From: Gemmatimonadales bacterium
Lineage (GTDB): Bacteria > Gemmatimonadota > Gemmatimonadetes > Gemmatimonadales > GWC2-71-9
Direction: 5' to 3'
Assembly: GCA_037189525.1 (NCBI GenBank)
Contig: JBBCJC010000001.1
Coordinates: 160,001 to 224,000, forward strand
Length of the DNA stretch: 64,000 bases
Shown here: positions 57,756-64,000 of the stretch, piece after piece
Numbering within the stretch: position 1 is the stretch's first letter
Layout of the letters: every line of letters starts with the position of its first letter
Translations under genes and position numbers: made by a program
Notes under the pieces: generated by a model
Told to the model about the DNA's origin: nothing
What the model saw: only the letters and a program-made list of their open reading frames with translations
The model's database searches: none

Positions 57756-58923
57756 CCGGGTCCGGTCGACGGGTCGGCTCCCAGACCGGATTGAGTTCGC
57801 CCCGCAACGCACCGATCCACGCCTTCACGCCCGCAACCTGCGAACTCACCGCAAACGCCGCAGTGGTCAGCAGTTTGGGCGCCGCGGACCCGGCAGGCCA
57901 GAAGTATCCGGCCGCGCCCGCCCCAAGCCCCAGCAGACCGGCCACCGCCAGGATCCATCCCCACGAAGTCGTCACGGTGAGCATCGCCACCCCGATCACA
58001 GCCAGCGGCAGCGCCGGGAACACCAGCCAGCGCAACAGCTTGTGCGCAAAGAGAAAGAACGCGAATCGGCCGTAACGAATCGGATCGAGCAAGCGGCGCT
58101 TGTACCAGAGCGTTTCGAGGCCGCGCGTCATGGTCCGCACCTTCCGGCGATACTCGGCGCGCAGCGAGCGGGTCCGCGCGACGTAGCAGACGGCGTCTTC
58201 CACCGACACGGACCTGAATCCGTGCTCACGCGCAATCAGCGGCGACGCGAAATCGCGGCTCAGCGCCTCCGGGAAGATCGAATCGAACAGCGACCGGCGA
58301 ATGGCAAAGAAGCAGCCGCTGGCGCCGACGATGGTACCGCAGTCGGTCTCGAGCCGGCGCACCCACATCTCGTAGCCCACGTAGCGGGACTCACCCTGGC
58401 TCTGCTCCTGCTCCCGGTCGCCGACGCTGACGTCCCGGCCCGAGGCCACCCCGACGGTCGGGTCGCGGAAGGCCGCGATGAGATGCCGAAGCGCACCCGG
58501 CGGGACGACGACCGTCGCGTCCATGTTGACGACGATATCCCCGACCAGGTGGCGGCCGGCTTCGTTTTCCGCGGCCGTTTTGCCGCTCCGCCTGGGCAGG
58601 CGCACCAGCGTGACGCCCCGATCGGCGTACCCCTGCGCGATCGCATCGGTCCCATCGGTCGAGGCATCCGAAATCACCAGGACGTGCCGGCGCTCGGCGG
58701 GATAGTCCGTGGCGAGGATTCGGTCGAGCGTCGACGCGATGGCCCCGGCTTCGTTGTAGACCGGCACCACGATCGTGACAATGGGCCATTCCTCGAAGGG
58801 CGGCAACGGCGAAGGGCTTTTGCGAAGCTTCCGCCAGAGCCACAGGACGGCCGGGTAGCCGACATAGGCCGCGCCGAGGATGGCGGGCGGCAGCAAGACC
58901 AACACGACTCCGAGAAGTATCAC
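57733..58923 (-). CDS. GT2 glycosyltransferase with TM helices
   Basis: VVPVYNE, SDASTDGT, GKTAA, MDA, EYRRKVR. Confidence 0.92.
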   Translation of the reverse strand: MILLGVVLVLLPPAILGAAYVGYPAVLWLWRKLRKSPSPLPPFEEWPIVTIVVPVYNEAGAIASTLDRILATDYPAERRHVLVISDASTDGTDAIAQGYADRGVTLVRLPRRSGKTAAENEAGRHLVGDIVVNMDATVVVPPGALRHLIAAFRDPTVGVASGRDVSVGDREQEQSQGESRYVGYEMWVRRLETDCGTIVGASGCFFAIRRSLFDSIFPEALSRDFASPLIAREHGFRSVSVEDAVCYVARTRSLRAEYRRKVRTMTRGLETLWYKRRLLDPIRYGRFAFFLFAHKLLRWLVFPALPLAVIGVAMLTVTTSWGWILAVAGLLGLGAGAAGYFWPAGSAAPKLLTTAAFAVSSQVAGVKAWIGALRGELNPVWEPTRRPDPVTPGGSA

Positions 58924-58930
58924 GAGCGTC

Positions 58931-60049
58931 TCACCGATCGGGCGTCAGGCTGCGGTACAGCCGTTCATAGTGATCGAGCCAGGTCGCGTAGCCGAAGTGG
59001 GTATCGAGCCGCCGGCTGGCCAGCGTTGCCCGGCGGGCGACGGCGCCGCGGTCGGTCCGCACCTGGTCGATGGCGCGCGCCACGGCCTCCGTATCCCCCG
59101 GCGGCACCACGGCGCCTTCTTCCTCACCAAGCAGATCGGCAACCCCGCCGACGCGGGTGGCGACCACCGGCACCCCCGCCGCCATCGCCTCGAGCACGAC
59201 CATCGGTGTCCCCTCGGTGCGGGACGTGAGCGCCACCACATCGAACGCGCGCAGCAGCAGGCCCGCCGACGTCTGCGCACCGTGCCACGTCACGCGCCCC
59301 GGCGCCACGGTCTCGGCCGTCGCCACCAGCGCATCGACCATCGGACCGGTCCCCACGACCGAAGCACGCCACGGCTCCGGCAGGCGCGCCACCGCATCGA
59401 CGAACTGATCCGGCCCCTTCTCGTACGACAGGCGACCGACCCAGCCAACGATCAGCCTGTCGTCCGGCAGACCGAGCACGGCGCGCGCCGCGGCGCGATC
59501 GAGCGGCGTCTGCGTCCCTGGTCGCGCATTGCGAATCAGTGTCATTCGCCGGCTGGGCACACCGGCCCCTTCGAGCAGCGTCTGAAGCGGCGCGGATACC
59601 GGCACCACGGCATCGGCGTACCGCAGCACCCGCCGATCGAACCAGTCGTACGCTCGGCCCTTGAGGCTCCCGCCCGTATACCCGTGCACCGTGGCAACCA
59701 CCGGCATTCCGACTCGGCGCGCAGCGCGCCATCCGATCAGGTTGCCATGGAAGCCATGGGTATGGATGAGCGCGGGGCCGCCCGTCGCCAGCACCTGTTG
59801 CACGGCGGCGATCTCCTCCCGATAGCTGCGCGGGGGAAAGCGGATTTCCCGCAGATCCACACCCGCGTCGGGCAGGTCGACAAACGGTTCGCAGGTTCCG
59901 TCGAGCCCCAGCAGCGACACGACCTGGACCATGTGGCCGCGCTCCGCCATCCCCGCCGCCAGGCTGGCAACGACCGTCTCGAGGCCGCCGGACGGGGCCG
60001 GCGCCACGACGAAGACCACACGGAGACGGCTCGGAGCTTCGCTGTGCAC
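58931..60049 (-). CDS. GT4 glycosyltransferase (start uncertain)
   Basis: GGLE, IHTH, VGRLSYEKG, EGTPMVVLEAMAAG. Confidence 0.9.
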   Translation of the reverse strand: MHSEAPSRLRVVFVVAPAPSGGLETVVASLAAGMAERGHMVQVVSLLGLDGTCEPFVDLPDAGVDLREIRFPPRSYREEIAAVQQVLATGGPALIHTHGFHGNLIGWRAARRVGMPVVATVHGYTGGSLKGRAYDWFDRRVLRYADAVVPVSAPLQTLLEGAGVPSRRMTLIRNARPGTQTPLDRAAARAVLGLPDDRLIVGWVGRLSYEKGPDQFVDAVARLPEPWRASVVGTGPMVDALVATAETVAPGRVTWHGAQTSAGLLLRAFDVVALTSRTEGTPMVVLEAMAAGVPVVATRVGGVADLLGEEEGAVVPPGDTEAVARAIDQVRTDRGAVARRATLASRRLDTHFGYATWLDHYERLYRSLTPDR

Positions 60050-60072
60050 GGCAGGCGTCTCGCCCGAACCGG

Positions 60073-61185
60073 TCAGGTGTCCCCGCCCTGGCTCTCCTTG
60101 GCCGGCGGCTTGGTCGCGGAGTCGACCGGGCGAGGCACCGGGGGCCATTTCACGACACCGACCTCAGAGAAGGCCTGGACCGTTGCCGACGGCTGTGGAT
60201 CGCCGATGGAATGGTGGAGCACCACGCCGAACACGAGCGCGATCCCGTTGAGCAGGAAGTGGAGCAGATGGAGCGGCGTCACCGCCAGCGTAAACAGCAG
60301 GCCCCGACGACGGCGAAATACGTTGAATACCGGCAAATTGAGCAGCAACACGACACCGAAGGCCGCGGCCGACAGGATACCGAACAGGGCGGTATCGGTC
60401 ACCAGCCAGAGCACGCCGAGCAGGAACCCGACCCAACTGAGCGCGGCACAGGCCTTTTCGGGAATGGCCGGTCCCAGCGTCGCATCGCCGCGCTTCATCA
60501 GCAGTCGGCTCCGCGGCACGCTGCGCTCCCGGAGATCGGTCGCAATCATCCGCGCCAGGGTCCACTGCTTGAGATGGACCGCCACCACTTCGGACCGAAA
60601 CGCGATGCGGAAGCCCCGATCCAGGAGACGGTGGCCGAGTTCCAGCGCTTCGATCTGCTCACGAGAGAAGTGCCACTCGTTGAACATCCCGACCGCGAAG
60701 AACGGCTCGCGTCGCACCGCGCCGCAGTCGGCCCAAAATCCGCCGGCTTCGCCGCGGGAACCGTTATGCAGATAATGGTCGATCAGATCCTGGTACTGCG
60801 AGACCATGCCGCGAGACGCTTCGTCGTCGAACGATCCGTGCACGGCCGCGACATCCGGGGAGTCGAGAAATGCGAGCGCCATCCGGCGCAGCGTATTGGG
60901 CCGGACGCAGACATCGTCGTCGATGAAGACGAGAATCTCGCCCCGGGACATTTCTGCCCCGCGGTTCCGGGCATATGGCGCCCCGTGCGGCTTGCCCGTC
61001 AGACGGACGATGGTATCGGCATAAGGTGCCGCAATCGCCACCGTCTCATCGGTCCCGCCATCATCGACGACGATCAGCTCCCACAAGTCGCGCGGGAGAT
61101 CGCTCGCCTCCAGGGCTTCGAGCACCCGAGACAAAGTGGTCGGGCTCTTTCCCGTCGGAATGACGACCGAGAGCTGGACGCTCAT
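60073..61185 (-). CDS. GT2 glycosyltransferase with C-terminal TM helices
   Basis: SVVIPT, VVDDGGTD, ARNRGA, FIDDD. Confidence 0.9.
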   Translation of the reverse strand: MSVQLSVVIPTGKSPTTLSRVLEALEASDLPRDLWELIVVDDGGTDETVAIAAPYADTIVRLTGKPHGAPYARNRGAEMSRGEILVFIDDDVCVRPNTLRRMALAFLDSPDVAAVHGSFDDEASRGMVSQYQDLIDHYLHNGSRGEAGGFWADCGAVRREPFFAVGMFNEWHFSREQIEALELGHRLLDRGFRIAFRSEVVAVHLKQWTLARMIATDLRERSVPRSRLLMKRGDATLGPAIPEKACAALSWVGFLLGVLWLVTDTALFGILSAAAFGVVLLLNLPVFNVFRRRRGLLFTLAVTPLHLLHFLLNGIALVFGVVLHHSIGDPQPSATVQAFSEVGVVKWPPVPRPVDSATKPPAKESQGGDT

Positions 61186-61586
61186 ACCGGGTCCTGCGCA
61201 ACGCTGCGCAGCCGGTCCTCCGACGAACGGCCGTCACGAACCACGCGGTCGACTCGCACCAGGTCCACGAACCGGATCAGGTCGCCGGACGCGACCAGCG
61301 CGCCCTGGCGCCGCAACTCGGCAACATCCGGGTTGCCAGGCAAAATCAGGATCCGGAATTCGGGCGGGAAATTGGCTTGAATCACGGGGGTCAGGACCGA
61401 CTCGGCTCCGGCAACGATGACCTCGACACTGTCGGTTTGCTCGACCCGCGTCACGTGCCGAAGGGCGTCGACGGTTGCCTTAGGACCCCACGGCAACACC
61501 AGGGACACCCGCGCTCGGCTGCGGGCACCCTTGATGGGGTCTAGATCTGCTCCTCGTCGACTACTCGGCGTCATAGTTTTCCGCAT
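61182..61586 (-). CDS. Short degenerate GT2-like N-terminal domain protein
   Basis: RVSLVLP...EVIVA...LRRQGALVASGDLIRFVD; ATGA overlap with the downstream GT2. Confidence 0.55.
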   Translation of the reverse strand: MRKTMTPSSRRGADLDPIKGARSRARVSLVLPWGPKATVDALRHVTRVEQTDSVEVIVAGAESVLTPVIQANFPPEFRILILPGNPDVAELRRQGALVASGDLIRFVDLVRVDRVVRDGRSSEDRLRSVAQDPV

Positions 61587-61607
61587 CTCGAACTATGGCG
61601 CAGTCGA

Positions 61608-61666
61608 AGCAAACACGATGCCGCGATGCAATACATACCCATCATGGGTGCTGCGTCAACGCAACA
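61608..61666 (-). promoter_or_regulatory. Sigma54 promoter plus enhancer-like sites for the GT operon
   Basis: Minus strand CGGCAT-CGTGT-TTGCT (61623-61608); CGATGC-N6-GCAATA (61616) and TGCTGC-N6-GCAACA (61649). Confidence 0.6.
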
Positions 61667-61736
61667 GTACCCACTACTCGCGGTCAGTTGCGTCAAAGTC
61701 CGGGGGGAGCAGAGGCACGCATCGCGGACTGGCCCC

Positions 61737-62945
61737 TCAGGACCCGATGCGCACCAGCAGCCGCTCGAGTTCTGCCGCGCTGGCTTCCCACGAGCTGTTC
61801 GAAGCAACCAGCGCGCGCCCCGCATCACCCATCCGACGACGATCGGCCTCATCACGCAGCAGATGCACGACGTGGGTTGCCAGCTCCGCGCTGCGTTCCC
61901 CCAGCAGATAGTGCGTTCCCGCCTCCGCGCCCACGATGCCTTCGAAGGCAATCGGCGTCCCCACGACGGGACGTCCCATGGCCCAGGCCTCGAGCACCTT
62001 GTTCTTCACGCCGGCCCCCGAGCGGAGCGGGGCAACCACCACCTGCGCGCTCTCCAGATAGGGACGGACATCGGGCACCGAGCCGGTCACGGTAATGCCC
62101 GGGATCTCGCCTAACGCCTTGACTTCGTCGGTCGGGTGCCGCCCGACCACGACGAACCCGGCGTTTGCGACCTCGCGCCGAACCAGCGGCCAGACCTCGT
62201 GCGCAAACCAAACGGCGGCCTTGGCGTTGGGTTCGTAGCTCATGACCCCCGAGAAGACGACGGTCGGGATCCCGGCCTCGGCCAGGGCACGGCGATCGAA
62301 ATAGGAGAGGTCGACCCCATTTCCAATGACCGTCAGCTCGGGACCGCGACAAGTTCCGCCAAATGCCTCGGCGTCGTTACTCGAAATCAGAATGGCGTGA
62401 GCAATCCGAGACAGGACTTCACGCTCCAGCCGCCGAGTCATCCACCAGTCGGCAAGTCCGGTCCGCAAGGCGGGGCCCCGCTTCTCGCGCAAGGCGCGCC
62501 GACGAGCCAACGACGGCGCATCACAAATGTCGTAGGCGACGGGAATGCCGGCGAGCCCCTGCTCCACGTACGGCATCACCCGCCACCCGGTCGCCAGGAC
62601 ACGATCCCATCGACCGGCGCGAGCGCTCTCCTGGAGCGCGGCAAGCAAGCCGGAATCGTGCGCAGCAAGGTCCCAATAACGCTCGGGATCCCCTCGCAGC
62701 ACCTGATTGATCCGGTTGATGACGCCTGGCCTGGGAACAGGGGGCAGTTCGATCGGCGGGAAGGCCCTCACCTCAGAGAACAACTCGGCGAGCTGGGCCG
62801 CTTCTTCGGGCGAGGGATCAGACCCGATATACCAGAGCGACAGCTCGTGGCGTGCCGCGAGGGGAGCGAGGAGACCGACCTTCCGGAGTTCGTACCCCCC
62901 GATAATCGGAAACAACGGGTGTGCCGATATTACCAACAGCCGCAT
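61737..62945 (-). CDS. GT4 glycosyltransferase of the exosortase-locus type
   Basis: NGVD, FSGVMSYEPN, PLRSGAGVKNKVLEAWAMG. Confidence 0.9.
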   Translation of the reverse strand: MRLLVISAHPLFPIIGGYELRKVGLLAPLAARHELSLWYIGSDPSPEEAAQLAELFSEVRAFPPIELPPVPRPGVINRINQVLRGDPERYWDLAAHDSGLLAALQESARAGRWDRVLATGWRVMPYVEQGLAGIPVAYDICDAPSLARRRALREKRGPALRTGLADWWMTRRLEREVLSRIAHAILISSNDAEAFGGTCRGPELTVIGNGVDLSYFDRRALAEAGIPTVVFSGVMSYEPNAKAAVWFAHEVWPLVRREVANAGFVVVGRHPTDEVKALGEIPGITVTGSVPDVRPYLESAQVVVAPLRSGAGVKNKVLEAWAMGRPVVGTPIAFEGIVGAEAGTHYLLGERSAELATHVVHLLRDEADRRRMGDAGRALVASNSSWEASAAELERLLVRIGS

Positions 62946-63038
62946 TGATTCCGACCAGAAAGTTCACAGGGAATGTTACGAGGATGAGAACCGCAGGCCA
63001 ACCCTTGACCCGATCACCCCACGATCGGCCACCTCTCC

Positions 63039-63190
63039 TGCATTCCCGATACCACGGCATCGAGCAGGGGGGATTAACGCCTTGGCAGACCCGATTCTAT
63101 GGATCCTCGACCTCGATCATGCGATTCTTCAACGCAACATATGTTGCAATAATGCAACAATTACATTACACCTGTTGCGTCCTTGAATCG
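63039..63190. promoter_or_regulatory. Sigma54 promoter (minus strand) and triple enhancer-like site in the divergent intergenic region
   Basis: Minus strand TGGTAT-CGGGA-ATGCA (63054-63039); CGATTC-N6-GCAACA (63122), TGTTGC-AATAAT-GCAACA (63142), TGTTGC-N6-GAATCG (63173). Confidence 0.6.
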
Positions 63191-63297
63191 GTGAAGGTGC
63201 GGCATATCCCCAACTTTGCGCCCGATTCTTGCTTCTGCGCTATATCTGTTGCTGTCAAAACATGCGCGTGCTCGTACCACAGGCAAAGCTCGGAAAT

Positions 63298-64000
63298 ATG
63301 ACTGCCGTATCAACCCGCAAAACCGGAACGCCCTGGACCGGAGGCGTCGCCCAGCGAATTGCGATGCACCTGGAAACTTCTCCGCGGGCAGTGGCGGTCC
63401 AGTGGGGTGACGAGCAGCTCAGTTACGCCGAGCTGGATGATCGCGCCGCTCTGGTGGCGGGCCGGCTCAAGCAGGCCGGGGTCCGTCCCGGCGACTTCGT
63501 AGGCCTTTACCTGGACCGGGGTGGCGAGATGGTCACCGCGATCTTGGGCATTCTCAAGGCCGGTGCGGCCTGGGTCCCGCTAGATCCGGCCTACCCGCGC
63601 GACCGGATGGCCTGGATTCTGGCCGATTCCGGCGCGGCCGCGCTGCTCACCAGCCGAGCGCACGCGGGCGAACTCGCCGATGCCGAGGTTCGAGAAATCC
63701 TGCTGGACGATGCCTCGGAGGTCGAGCCAGCCGATGCCGTAGCCGTGGACGCCGACACGCCGGCCTATCTGATATATACGTCGGGTTCGACCGGCCAGCC
63801 CAAGGGCGTCGTCATCACCCACGGGAACCTGAGCCACTACGCCGCAGCCATCAGCGAAACGATCGGGCTCACCGCCCAGGATCGGTACCTGCACACCGCC
63901 TCGCTCGCGTTCTCGTCCTCGGTGCGCCAGCTATTCGCGCCGCTCGGCGCGGGCGCCTGCGTCATCATCGCGCGGCGGGCCGAGATTGCCGATCCGCGGG
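63298..64000 (+). CDS. NRPS-type adenylation domain protein (truncated by the window end)
   Basis: Not in the ORF track. Manual translation gives LSYAEL (A1), LKAGAAWVPLDP (A2), AYLIYTSGSTGQPKG (A3) and FSSS at A4. Confidence 0.9.
   Translation, partial: MTAVSTRKTGTPWTGGVAQRIAMHLETSPRAVAVQWGDEQLSYAELDDRAALVAGRLKQAGVRPGDFVGLYLDRGGEMVTAILGILKAGAAWVPLDPAYPRDRMAWILADSGAAALLTSRAHAGELADAEVREILLDDASEVEPADAVAVDADTPAYLIYTSGSTGQPKGVVITHGNLSHYAAAISETIGLTAQDRYLHTASLAFSSSVRQLFAPLGAGACVIIARRAEIADPR

Overview
GC-rich bacterial chromosomal segment; gene content and order suggest Gemmatimonadota (inference). No rRNA, tRNA, CRISPR array, transposase or prophage is visible. From left to right: a MocR regulator truncated by the window edge; a PadR plus duplicated MacB/FtsX (ADOP-type) permease with a palindromic operator; a MaoC/acyl-CoA ligase/fused indolepyruvate oxidoreductase operon; a metallopeptidase lipoprotein/beta-barrel/aminopeptidase cluster; dnaE-accA-ricT-metG behind a long rod-like leader RNA; an M23 peptidase behind a switch-like structured 5' RNA; a TPM-nucleotidyltransferase-LemA operon; an NAD-dependent formate dehydrogenase locus (LysR, fdhD, fdsGBAD); tandem M19 dipeptidases; an imuA-imuB-dnaE2 mutasome with a candidate direct-repeat operator; thiE; a Balon-like aeRF1 homologue; and a large exosortase/EpsI polysaccharide locus (wecB, HK plus sigma54 activator, wzc, OPX, priming transferase, glycosyltransferases). 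That locus shares a repeated YGWTGC-N6-GCAWCR motif and ends in an NRPS-type adenylation domain lacking the conserved amino-group-binding Asp. The most interesting leads are this atypical A-domain within the exosortase locus, the two structured leader RNAs and the regulatory motifs. All assignments come from reading motifs by eye; no searches were run.
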